Assembly (NCBI RefSeq): GCF_963921235.1
Contig: NC_086097.1
Coordinates: 108,378,001 to 108,442,000, forward strand
DNA: 64,000 bases
From: Mobula hypostoma
Taxonomy: Eukaryota
Direction of reading: 5' to 3'
Positions within the stretch are counted from its first letter, which is position 1; each line of letters opens with the position of its first letter. A program made the translations under genes and the position numbers. Positions 1 to 11,998 of the stretch are shown here, in pieces. The notes beneath the pieces are model-generated. The model was not told the origin of the DNA, made no database searches, and saw nothing but the letters and a program-made list of their open reading frames with translations.

Positions 1-99
1 CCAAATCATTGACATACATCGTAAAAACCTATCCAAACTTTTCCAATAACTCAGGTCCTCAAGAGCTTTGTAAATTTTCTCTGTATTCTTTACCTTTCC

Positions 100-285
100 T
101 ACCCAGCTGGCTTCACCTTTTACCTTCCAGCAAGCCTCCTATCCCCCCCCCCACCTTTTTATTCGGGCACCATCCCCCATCCTTTCGAGCCCTGAAGAAG
201 GGTTTTGAGCCAAACCTGCTACTGTTGTTCACTTCCATTAATCCTGTCCAACCTGCTGAGTTCCTGCAGCATTTCGTGTGTGTTA
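100..285 (+). mobile_element. Penelope-like element pLTR remnant
   Basis: Pyrimidine-rich tract, decayed hammerhead core (cctgaagaagggtttt...) and terminal cctgctgagttcctgcagcatttcgtgtgtgtt, shared with many copies in the window. Confidence 0.7.
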
Positions 286-329
286 CTTATATATTCAGTT
301 CTATACAATACCTTCCAATAATTTACTCA

Positions 330-1320
330 CTACTGAACTCAGTCTCACAAGCCTATACATTTCCGGGCTTATTCTGAGAATCTTTCCAGAGCAATGGTAC
401 ATTAGTGGTCCTCCGGCACCTTATCCATGGCCAGGGGTGTTTTAAATACCTCCATTAGTACCCTGCAAACTCTGCACTAGCCTTCCACAAGGGCTGAGGG
501 GACTTACTGACCCTAATTTGCCTCAAGGCAACAAGTGCCTCCTCCATCTCCTGAGCACATACAGATGCAACAAATCCATTTAAAATCTCGCCCCATGCTC
601 ACCATGCTGATCCTCAAATGGACCAATTCTGTCTCTTTTGCTTTTAATAGATCTGTAGAGGCCCTTGAGATTCTCCTTCACCTTGTCTTCTAGAGCAATC
701 TCCTGCCTTCTTTTAACCCTCCTGATTTCCCCCTTAAATGTTCTCTTGCATTTCTTATACTCCTCAAGTACCTTGTTGCCTATACCTGCTATGCACCACC
801 TTCTTCTTAACCAGGGTCAATAACACTCGAAAGCCAAGGTTCCATTAACCAGTTAGCCTTGTCTTTTACTCTGGGCGGCATGGAGGGTAGCAGTTAGCGC
901 AATCACTTTACAGTGCCAGAAATTATCAGTCAGAGTTTAATTCCCGTTGCTGTCTCATTAGGAGTTTGTATATTCTCCCTGTGACCACATGGCCTGGTTG
1001 CCTTCCACATTTCAAAGGTGTAAGGTTAGGGTTAGTGTGGGTTATGTTGGTGCTGGAAGTGTGGCAATACTTTCCAAGATGTTCCTAGCACAACCCTCGT
1101 TGATTTGATTGGACGCAAATGATGCATATCACTCTGTTTTGATGCTCATGTAACAAGTAGAACTAATCTAATCTAAAACCAAGAACATACTCTGTACTCT
1201 CAAAATTTTCCAAAGAAGCCCTTCCACTTTCTAAGGTTACTTTTGCCAGAAAACTAACTGTCCTAATCCACACCTGTCAGATCCGTTCTGATTCCATCAA
1301 AATTGACCTTTCTTCAGGTA
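330..1320 (-). mobile_element. Old CR1 LINE ORF2 fragment, interrupted by a SINE at about 876-1175
   Basis: Similar to the less decayed CR1 copies at 6900-7600 and 60150-60700; no open frame left. Confidence 0.6.
876..1175 (+). mobile_element. tRNA-derived HE1/V-SINE-like SINE (decayed)
   Basis: Head gcggcatgg...gttagc...gagtttaattccc...ggagtttgta..ttctccctgtgacc, homologous to 11006-11280. Confidence 0.65.
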
Positions 1321-2789
1321 GCTATAAAAGATGTTCAAAAATATCTAAAAACTCAGCTTCACTCACGTGCTCCTGGAAAAATGGAAGCCAACTTGAAGGA
1401 TGAATTTGAGTGGGTGGGAAGGGTGGAGATGGAGATGAATTTAATCCAAGCTGGCGACTGTCGTATGTCTCAAGTCTATGCGATCTGGAGCAGTTCAAGG
1501 AGGTTGAAGAACTTGGGCAAGACGTTGTGCTTTTTGTCACACAGGACTGTTGCAAAATTGTCTTTGGGTTTTTTCCCTTTGCTTTTTGTATTGGAGTATC
1601 CAATTTAAAAAAAATTGTGAATTCTAAACTGGTACACAAGTTTGAGTTATTCATATATTAATCCCTAATAACTAGTATTGGGAGAAGTTGGATGTTTGAT
1701 GTCTGAGTCTTCAATAAGATCAATTAAGAATTCTCTTCCTTAAAAAGGCATGATAGTCTTGAAAAGTGAAGAGTGCTGTTGTGGAACAAACCACCAAAAT
1801 GATGGGTCTCACTTGTGAAAACTCTTTTGCATGATGTAGGTCTAATTTACCATCAGTAGAGTTGGTTGCAGTTACCAGCTTGGGCATTGACAATACAGGT
1901 CTTATCCTGACTTGTTTGATTAAACTCACCATTGTGGCACAGTCGTGTAGATTGTGTGTCATTTAACTCTTACCTTGGCTATTACCCACGCCACGTTATC
2001 AGGATCAGGTTTAATATTACTGGCCTAAGTCGTGAAATTCGTCGTTTTCTGGCAGCAGTACATTGCAATACATGATAACAGAAAATGTATAAATTAAATG
2101 AGAAATATAGTTCTGAAAAAGAAATTAAATTAGTGCAAAATGAGAACAAAAAAGAATAAAATATTGAGTTAGTGTTTTTTGTACATTCAGAAATCTGATG
2201 GTGGAGACAAAGAAGCTGTTCCCAAAACATCTTCAGGCTCCTGTACTACTACTTTGATGGTAGCAATGATAAGAGGACTTATCCTTGGTGATGGGGGTCC
2301 TTAATGATGGATGGTGCCTTTTGAAGACGTCCTCGATGATGCCTACTTTCAGATAGTTTCCTGCAAGTTTTTGTGCTTAATTTTCAATTTCCCTTGATGT
2401 ACAGCCCTTGCTATTGTTGATGAAATTCTATGACACTATGCTGAAGTAAACTTGCTTCAATACATATAAAGCCACTGTTATTGCACTGCTTGCAATCCTG
2501 TCCTCCTGTGATAGATTGTTTTGAAGACAGCACAGACTGGAATGCAGTCATTAAATGCTAATTTTTTTTCATTGTTGCAGAGTAGTGAGGGTAATAAATA
2601 ACGATTCAGGAACAGCTTCTTCCTTTCCGTTATCAGATTTCTGAATTGTCCACGAACACCGCTTTATTATTCCTTTGCACTCTTTATTTATCTTGTAATT
2701 TAGAACTATGTGCACTGTGCCGCTGTTGCAAACAGTAGATTTTCTCATCAGGTAAGCAGTGATAATTTACCGATTTTGATGCGGAGGCA

Positions 2790-3120
2790 TGTTTGTTTGT
2801 TTATTTATTGAGACACAGCTTGGAGTAGGGCCTTCTGGGCCTCTGAGCCACGCCACCAAGCAACCCCAATTTAACCCTAGCCTAATCACAGGGCAATTTA
2901 CAATGACCAGTTAACCTACCCGGTACGTCTTTGGACTGCAGGAGGAAACTGGAACTTATGGAGGACTTCGGATGTTGAAGGAAACTAGAGCATCTGGAGA
3001 AAACCCACATGGCCACAGACAGGAGTAGCAAACTCTATTCAGATAGTGCTTGAGGTGAGGAATGAGACTTGCTTCTCTTGGATCCTGAAGGCACCAACAC
3101 TCACTGTAACTGTGCTCTTG
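2790..3120 (-). mobile_element. tRNA-derived V-SINE-like SINE (decayed)
   Basis: Reverse complement of the 11006-11280 body (ttaaccctagcctaatcacagggcaatttacaatgaccagttaacc), with a ttta-type tail. Confidence 0.7.
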
Positions 3121-3811
3121 CCAAGAATTTTTCACAACAAATCGAGCCTTGAACATCTCGGTTGACCTCTTCAGCTGTTTGGTTGAAGCGATTTCACTTG
3201 TATTTGGTAAATTGGTTGATTATTGTCACATGTACTGAGCTACGAGAGTATCAAGTTGGTATCAACAATAATGAAACTACTGGATTGTCATTAAAACTGA
3301 TGTGGCTCGCTGCTGGATTCCTGAAAGATGTGGACTTAAGCATTATTGAGATGAAGCTGCAGGTCAAAATTTAATCCTGCAAATGTCCACTGCCAACTTT
3401 ACAAACTGAGCTCTGCTTATAATTGAGGGACATTTCGGTCATGGAGTGTACAACTGCTCCAATTTGTTAATAATTCTTCATAATATTGAACTCTCATCAT
3501 GGCATTTGAGTAAGTTTATGATGTTTTAGTATACGCCATCAAGGAAACTTCCGCCTGCTTTATGTTATTTAGACTACCTTAGTCGCAAAGTCTCATTCGA
3601 GTTTACTCTTTGCAGAAAAGAGTTATACCCCTCAAGTCCCCATAAACTTCCTCGTTTCCATTCTAAACCTATAGTTTTAGATATCTAACTATAGAAAACA
3701 GATTCTGCGTATATAGGCTATTTATCCATCTCATAATATTATGTACATCTAAGAACTACATGGTTGTGTGGGTTGGTGGCAAGAGTGAGTCACCCAATTT
3801 CAGTAAATGCT

Positions 3812-3912
3812 GGGCCAGATGGATTGAAAAGGCCGGGTGTCAGGACCAGGTGGATTGGAAAGGCCGGGTGTCAGGACCAGATGGATTGAAAAGGCTGGGT
3901 GTGGGGACCAGA
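3812..3912. repeat. 31-bp tandem repeat, about 3.2 copies (ggaccagatggattgaaaaggccgggtgtca)
   Basis: ccag recurs at 3815, 3846, 3877 and 3908. Confidence 0.85.
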
Positions 3913-4271
3913 GGTGACGGTCAGCTGGTTCTGCTCACTGCTCTGCAACGTTTACTCTGCTCTTTGCTGCTTTGAGACTGAGGCTCTGGGCTAGCTCCAG
4001 CTTCTCTGGACTGTGTGCCTGCAGGCTCCTTGATGTTTACTCTGCTGTGTGCTGAACTGAGGCTGAGGCTGCAGGGCTTTGTGTCTGAGGATTCACTTTT
4101 GTTCTAAATGCTATTTGCTTACTTTTATTATTTGCTTGATTTGGTTCTTCTCTCCCTCTCACCCTCCACATTTCAGTGTCGGGTATTTTGTTTATTATGG
4201 GTTTTGTTGGGTTTCTTGTTTCGTGGCTGCCTATAAGGAGACGAATCTCAAGGATGTATAATGTATACATA

Positions 4272-4874
4272 CGAGGGGTGACTGATAAGTTTGTGGCCTA
4301 AGGTAGAAGGAATCAATTTTAGAAAACCTAGCTCATTTATTTTTCAACATAGTCCCCTCCTACATGTACACACTTAGTCCAGCAGTCATGGAGCATACGG
4401 ATCCCTTCTTTGTCGAAGTGGTCCACAGCAGGGGTGATTGATAAGTTCGTGGCCTAAGATAGGCAATGAGTTATTAACTTCAAACTTTCTGCGTTATTGC
4501 TCAAAGAGTTGATCTGCACGTGCATGTAATGAGAGCGTCTTGGACCTCCAGGTGATTGATAAGTTTGTGGCCTAAGGTAGAAGGAGATGAGTTATACAGC
4601 TCTCGTTACATGTGCGTGCAGTTCAACTCTGAGTGAAAATGCAGAAAGTTTGAAGTTAATAACTCATCTCCTCCTACCCTAGGCCACGAACTTATCAATC
4701 ACCCCTGCTGGGGACCACTTTCTGGAGGTCCAAGATGCCGACTTCTACAAAGAAAGGATCTGTATGCTCTATGACCACTGGACTAAGTGTGTAAATGTAG
4801 GAAAAATAAGTACGCTAGGTTTTCTAAAATTGACTCCTTTTACCATAGGCCATAAACTTATCAATCACCCCTCA
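4272..4874. mobile_element. Mariner-type non-autonomous element (MITE), TA target duplication
   Basis: TIR cgaggggtga(c/t)tgataagtttgtggcctaaggtagaagga at both ends; TA at 4270-4271 and 4875-4876; internal TIR copies. Inserted in a LINE 3' tail. Confidence 0.88.
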
Positions 4875-5349
4875 TACTTTGATAGTAAGTGTACTTTGCA
4901 CTTTGAACATTGAGTCATTTACCACTCACCACTCTTCTAAATTGTTCCACTTGGCTTTAGCTAATCTCCTTATCTCACATACCATCTTCTGTGTGCAAGT
5001 ATGTGGCTGTCTATCTTTTGCTTTCATTAATTATTTTGCATATCGTTATTTGTATGTGTCATTCTCAGCCTTTCAACTACTTCCTATGTGACATCTTAGA
5101 GGGTCTTACTAGCTTTTAGTTTGTTTATCTTGGTTTGCACTTTCTCTTGCTCTGCTCCTCCCTTCAGTTATCCCTTGAGTTGCCAAAGGGATGTGTTTCT
5201 GGAAAATATTTTGTTAAGCAAAGTACTGCAAATTGGAAAGGCTGAGGAAGTGAGCCGTGTGATTTTGTCATATTCTTAAAGGGAGCACAGTGTTCATTAT
5301 AGAGGAAAAGAGATGGCAAAGCGAAGCTATTACCCCAAAGGAGTCAGTG

Positions 5350-8300
5350 GTGTTACATAGAGCACGGAACAGTACAGGAGCAGGTCTTTCAGCTCATAGT
5401 GTTGTGCTGAACCAATTAAAGTAATAATCAATGGGTTAACTAAACTAATCTCTTCTGCCTACTCAATGTCCATATCCTTCTGTTTTCCACACATTCATGT
5501 GTCAATTTAAATGTCTCTTAAAAGTCTCTAATGCATCTGCCTCTACCACCAGCCCAGGTAGTGCATTCCTGGCATCCAACACTCTCTGTGTAAAATAAAA
5601 CTTGTCCTTTTCATCTTGTTTGAAATTACCCCATCTCACTTTAACTTGCATGCACCTGATATTAGACATTTCAACCCTTAGAAAAATATGTTGTCATTTA
5701 AAGTTAAATTGGATAGGTATATGGACAGGAAAGGAATGGAGGGTTATGGGCTGAGTGCAGGTCGGTGGGACTAGGTGAGAGTAAGAGTTCAGCACGGACT
5801 AGAAGGGCCGAGATGGCCTGTTTCCGTGCTGTAAGTGTTATATGGTTGTTATTATATGTTATATGTTGTCTGTTTACTCTATCTGTGCCTCTCATAATCT
5901 TACAAACCTCTATCAGATCTCCCCTCAGCCTGCGCCACTCCAGAGAAAACAACTCAAGTTTGTCCAGCCTCTTGTTATAGCACATGCTCTCTAATCTAGG
6001 CTACATGCTGATAAGCCTCTTGTGTACTCTGTCCAAAGCCTCAAGATCCTTCCTATAATGGGGTGACCAGAACTGAATGCACTACTAGATGCAGATGCAG
6101 CCTAACTGGAGTTTTGTGAAGCTGCAACATAACTTACTGACTTTTGAACTCAATGCCTTGACTAAAAAAAGCAAGCGTGTCATATCCCATCTTAGCCACC
6201 CTATCAACCTGTGCGGCCATTTTCAGGGAGTTATGAACTTGGATCCCAAGAACCCCCTTGCCCTTAACAGTGTATCTTTACATTTGCCCTGCCAAGATGC
6301 AACACTTCACATTTGTCTGGGTTAAGTTCCATATGCCATTTCTTTGCCTATATCTGCAACTGATCTATATCTCACTGTATTCTTTGCAATCGAACAATAT
6401 TGCCAATCTTCATAGTATCTGCAAACCTATTAACACACCCATTTATATTTATATCCTGTACATCACAAACAGCAGAGGTCCCAGTACAGATCCCTGCGGA
6501 ACACCACTCATCACAGACCTCCAGCTCAAATAAGTCTCTTTGATCACTACCCTAGTCTTCTATGGGCAAGCCAGTTCTGAATCCAAATGACCAGTTTACC
6601 ATGGATCCCATGCACCTTAATCTTCTGTATGAGCCTCCCAGGAAGGACCTTGTCAAATGCCTTACTAAAATCCATGTAGGCGACATTCACAGCTCTACCT
6701 TCATCAGTCAACCCTTATTACTTTGTTAAAAAACTCAATCAAGTTAGTCAGATGTGACTTACCCCACACAAACCCATGCTGCCACTCTTCAGTGAGGCCA
6801 TGGTTTTCCAAATGCTCATAAGTCCTATCCCTAAGAATTCTCTCCAGTAACCTCCCTACCGTTGACATGTGAGTCACAGGATTATTCCTGGTTGCCTTCT
6901 CGAATAATGAAATAACATTAACTACTCTCCACTCCTCCGGGACCTCGCCTGTGGCTAGGAAGGACATGAAGATATTGGTCAAGGCCCTAGCAATCACTTC
7001 TTTTGCCTCTCTCCATAACCTGGGGTATATCCTGTCAGATCCAGGGGACTTATCCACCTCTAAAGGTTCTTTAAGAGACCCACCTTCCTTTACCTCAAAA
7101 TGCCCTAGAATGTCAGTACATCGGTACTGATCTCCCTATCGTCCACGTCCTTCTCTTTGGTAAATACTGATGTAAAGTATACTCATTAAGGTCCTCACGC
7201 ACATCCTCCACTTCCCTCCTCCGAGCTATCCTCTTGCTCATGACATATGGAATTCTCTTTAATCCAATGTGACAACTTTTCATGGCCCCACCTGGTTTTC
7301 CTAATTCCCTTCTTGAGATCTTCTCTGGCTTCTTTATTATCCCCAGGGCTCTGTTTGATTCTTAGCTTCCTAAACTTTACATATATTTCCTTTTTCTTCC
7401 TGACTAAATTCATCACCTCTCTCAATATCTAGGATTCTCTTACCTTGCCATCCTTGTCCTTCCTTCTGACTGACACATACATACCTGTCCTGTACTGTGT
7501 GCAGTTGGTCTTTAAACACTCTCCATGAGTCAGATGTGGACCTGCCTAAAAACAGCAGATCCCAATTAAATCTCCCTACTTCCTGCCTAATGTTCTCATA
7601 ATTTGCCCTGCTCCAATTAAATACTCTCCCGTAAGGTCCATTCTTATCCTTGTCTATAGCTATTTTAAAATGTAAGGAGTTGTGGTCACTGTTCCCCAAC
7701 TGGTCACTCACTGAAAGGTTGGTCACACGTCCAGGCTCATTACCCAACAGCAGGTCCTCCTCTTGTTGGACTATTTACATATTGATTTAATAAACCTTCC
7801 TACACGTACCTAACAGATTCTGCCCCATCTAAACCTCTTGCACTCAGAAGTTTCTAGTTTATATTAGAGAAATTGAAGTTCCCCATCACGACAACCCTAT
7901 TGTTTTCATACTTTTCTTTAATCGGCCTGTATCCAGTATGTATTTGTCAGTGTGTGGGTGGCTATCATGGGGGAGATGGGGTGGTCTGTGGTACAATGCA
8001 ATCAGAGTGATTGCACGTTGCGGTTTTGACTCGATGGACTAGGCCTCCATTATGTCCCCTCTAAGTGCAGCTGTGATACTGTCCCTCATTAGCAGTGCAA
8101 CTCCCCCACCTCATTTACCTTCCTCTCTACCTTCTCTAAAACATTGAAACCCTGGGACATTAAGCACTCATTCCTGTTCCTCACTCAACAAAGTCTCTGT
8201 AATGTATAATCATCATAGTTCCATGTACTGATCCGTGCTGTAGGTGAATCACCTTTACCATAATACTCATAGCTTTAAAATAGACACACTAACCAATCAT

Positions 8301-8940
8301 CTGTCCCATCGTATCTATTAACTTGCTCCTGCCTATTTTTACTAACTCTGACATCTACCTTCCTTTCCACCCTTCTATTTTCTGACCTGGTGCTCTGGTT
8401 CCTGACAAACTAGTTTAAAACCTCCTGAGTAGCACTAGCGAACCTCCCCAGCCAGGATATTGGCTCTCCTCCATTTCAGGTGCGACCTGTCCCTCTTGTA
8501 CAGGTCACCCCTGCCCCAGAAAAGGTCCGAAACCCTGGCCCCTGCAGTAGTTCCTTAGCCATGCATTCATCTGTACTGTCACCTGTTTCTGCTGTGACTT
8601 GCACACGGTACTCGGAGTAATCGATAGATAACTATTTTGGAGCTCCTGCCCTTCAGTCTCTTCCCTAACCCCCTGTACTCCCTGGCAGGACCTCTTCCCC
8701 CTTTCTACCTATGTCATTGGTGCTAATGTGCACCACGAGCTCCGGCTGCTCACCCTCCCCCTTGGGAATATTCTGCAGCCGCCGTGAGACATCTTTGACC
8801 CAAGCACCTGGGAGGCAACCCACCACCCTGGCACGTCTCGTGGCCACAGAATCTCCTGTCCATCCCCCTAACTACTGAGTCCTCTCACTGTAGCTCTGCC
8901 TGATTTTTCCCTTCCCTGCTGAGTCTCAGATCTGGACACA
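5350..8940 (-). mobile_element. Long decayed CR1 LINE: ORF1 esterase remnant, APE endonuclease, RT, 3' UTR. A short + strand CR1 3' end is inserted at about 5700-5840
   Basis: ORFs 8665-8847 (CLPGA..KDVS...VVHISTNDIG, SGNH-like ORF1), 7370-7747 (LGNSDHN, APE), 6704-7057 (KSPGSD..YPR..QHGF..GKS.LTNL) and 5704-5985 (LFSLEWRRLRGDLIEV). Confidence 0.9.
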
Positions 8941-9209
8941 TTGCCACTGACCGAGATACGCTGAAAATTTATACATTGAATGTTGTAAATCAAAGAACAG
9001 CTGTGAATCTTCAGTAACCTTCAGTTCTGATGAAGAGTTATACCCGAAATGCCTGCTGATTTAACGAGTATTTTTTTTCTTGCTTGTTACATTGTACAAA
9101 CTCAATAGGATCTAAATAACTGCTTTAAGATTAGGACAGGTTTATTGATCCAACCTATTTTAATACAGTATTCGTTTGTCCGTGCTGCAGAATTAAAAAC
9201 ATGAGATAT

Positions 9210-9380
9210 TCTGATTCTGGAAATCCAGAGTCACGCACACAAAATGCTGGTGGGTCCCAGCAGGTCAAGCAGCAGCTACTCAGACCTGATGAAGGGTTTC
9301 GACTCGAAATGTTGACTCTTTATTTCTCACCATGAATGCTGCCTGACCTGTTGTGACCCTCCAGCATTTTGTGTGTGTTA
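9210..9380. mobile_element. Penelope-like inverted pLTR pair (decayed)
   Basis: cacacaaaatgctgg...ccagcattttgtgtg arms around the decayed hammerhead core cctgatgaagggtttcgactcgaaa. Confidence 0.7.
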
Positions 9381-10114
9381 AGGCTGATTTATACTTGTGT
9401 GTCAAATGTATGCCGTAGGTACTGCGTAGCCGTTACCCTACGCCGAACCCTACGCTGTAGCCTAATGCGCACCCCTCCCAAAATGTAACTATGTGTCGCA
9501 GACCGCAACAACTGTGGTTGGTCCGCTTAGTAGCATCGCATTTCCTCCTACGCTGCAATAGCTTCTCATCGGGCGACTGAAGGACAGGGAAGGAACTCTG
9601 GCTGCAATGCTTTCCATAAGGCTTTACAGACCTCCGAAATTATGAAGGACCCTGTGCTTGACGCCAGTTTGTAGCTAGCTGCTACAGCCTGTTGATTTCC
9701 ACCTGAAGCTAAAAGTCGAATGGTGATTACCAGTTTCTGAGTATACTGTGCATACACTGATGCGAAATAAGTGGTTGGAGATGATGAACCAAATCGTCAA
9801 ATCTACCTGCCAACATCCAAAAATATTTGAAATGCATTTCCTCGTCCATGTCTCTCAGTGGCCAGACAAGCACAGAAATTTCACCCTCCTTCAGTTTCAG
9901 TCGCCATTATTTGAAGTTTGAGTTTCTTCGTGTTGAGTTTCAACACGAAGAAACTTAACACAGTGGCATAGAAACCCCACCACCAACTAGCGTTTTGGCG
10001 GTGAATTGCAGAGTGAGGCAGACACACCAATGCACAAGTATAAATGCTCACAATGGTGTAGCCCACTTGCATAGGCTACAGCATTAGCTAGTACGCACAA
10101 GTATAAATCAGCCT
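9381..10114 (-). mobile_element. PIF/Harbinger non-autonomous element with transposase remnant
   Basis: TIRs aggctgatttatacttgtg / cacaagtataaatcagcct; 3-bp flanks tta/ttg. ORF 9566-9757 ([21 protein letters not shown]...[11 protein letters not shown]) resembles the HTH of Harbinger DDE_4 transposases. Confidence 0.85.
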
Positions 10115-11005
10115 TTGCTCTGCCCAACTGCGACTGCCAGTAGTCACAAAAGCATGCTTAATTGCTGTTGGTAGTGTGTAGCGTAATGCTGCTTGTTGAG
10201 CATTGCCACCAAAAGTTGGGTTGCGTGAGCCAGGCTTGATTCCTACCACTGCTTTTAAGTTTGTACGTTCTTCCCCGTGACTGTGTGGGTTTTCTCCAAG
10301 TACTCCGGTTAATTGGTCATTGTAAGTTGTTCAGTGGTTAGGCTAGGGTTAAATTGTGGGAATTGCTGGGCGCATGGCTTGAAGGGCTGGAAGGGCCTAT
10401 TCCATACTGTATCCCTATAAATAAATAAGCATTGTCCCCCATTTAAAAGGGAAAAAAAACACACAAGGAAGCATCCCTTCATGAAGCACGATGCTTTCTG
10501 CGTTATAATTGTTTTTTCACAAACATATTTCATGTGGGTTCCTTAGATATTGGGACAGTAGAAATATGTGAGAGAATACGTAGTAAAGAAATTAAAGAAA
10601 TACCTGGGATGTGGTTACAAGGAAGAAGTCATTGAAAACCACCCAACCACTGAAATGATGAACTGCTCGTTTGAAAGTGAAACTCAGAAATTAGCATTAG
10701 CTAAAGACAATTATCAAGTAAATTACTGGGTCTGAAAGTAATAAATACTGAGGTAATGACATGCATCCTAATATTTTGAGGTAACACACACAAAATGCTG
10801 GAGGAACTCAGCAGATCAGGCAACATAATTGGAGATGAATAAACAGTCAATGTTTTGGGCTGAGATGCTTCATCAGAACTCATCAAAAATCATATGTCTA
10901 TGATTTTGCTAGTATTTGAAGAGTTGGAAAAGGTGGATGCTGTATTTCAAGCTTGTACTTTAGAATAGTTCCACAGCCTGGAAAATAGAAAATGCAGCCT
11001 CACTA

Positions 11006-11280
11006 GCAGCACAGTTGTGTAGCGGTTAGCACAACGCTTTACAGTGTCAGCGACCCGGGTTCATTTCCCTTTGCTGCCTGTAAGGAGTTTGTACGTTCTA
11101 CCTGGACCATGCGGGTTTCCTCCGGGTGCTCTGGTTTCCTCCAGCAGTCGGAAGACGTACTGGTTGGGAGGTTAATTGGTCATTGTAAATTGTCCTGTGA
11201 TTGGGCTGGGATTAAATCAGATTGCTGGGCAGCGTGGCTCAAGATGCCGGAAGGATCTATTCTCAATAAATAAAATAAAT
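11006..11280 (+). mobile_element. tRNA-derived HE1/V-SINE-like SINE; related decayed copies at about 10170-10430 (+), 35070-35300 (+) and 56490-56720 (-)
   Basis: A-box-like tgtgtagcgg, B-box-like gggttcatttcc, V-domain-like gggtttcctccgggtgctctggtttcctcc, aataaa tail. Confidence 0.8.
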
Positions 11281-11524
11281 ATAAATATTTAAGAAAGGAG
11301 GGAGAAGAATATGTTTAATGAGCATTTAGCCTGATATCAGTAGTGGGTAAAATTCTGCAAACTACGGTAAGAAAATGGTAATTGGGCAATTACAATGTAA
11401 ACATTGGGCATGGTCTAATTTATGGACAATTGCGTTTGACATCTCTGTTCAGAAAGTTTTGAGGTTGTATTGATGAGTTTAGCTAAGGTTAAACCAGTTG
11501 AACAAAAAGCCCTTCAATAAGGTT

Positions 11525-11731
11525 TACTGTTCCCTTTAAGCTGCGCGGGTACGTGGCTGCACGGTAACTGAAATGCTCCCACACACATAGTCTTTGTTCC
11601 TGCACAGTTGAAATTATCTTTTATATATTGTTTTATTAAAGTGTTGGACAGTTTTCAGGCCATGTAAAAATTTCTTGCTCAGAGCAATGGTTGGTCAGCA
11701 CAGCTGTCAAAAAAAATGAGAGAGACCATTG
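11525..11731. mobile_element. hAT-type MITE
   Basis: 8-bp flanks ataaggtt (11517-11524) and ataaggtc (11732-11739); degenerate termini tactgttccc / agagaccattg. Confidence 0.6.
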
Positions 11732-11998
11732 ATAAGGTCTCATACCATATTGCAGACAGCGGGGAGGTGAGGTCATATTCTGGCATTGGTTAAGGGTCAC
11801 TTGAACAGAGAACGTTAGAAATAAATGCAACACATACAAAATGCTAGACATGCCCTTTTCGCACTGTTACCATCAGGTAGGAGGTACAGAAGCCTGAAAG
11901 CACACATTCAGCGATTCAGGAACAGCTTCTTCCCCTCTGCCATCCAATTCCTAAATGGACGTTGAACCTGTGAACACTACCTCACTTTTTAAATATAT

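Noticed and set aside
1303..1962. Overlapping 80-110 aa ORFs
   Set aside because: No recognisable motif or splice context; consistent with chance ORFs.
11006..11090. tRNA genes (also at about 33190-33270)
   Set aside because: Pol III boxes are present but there is no complete cloverleaf, and the sequence continues into SINE bodies.
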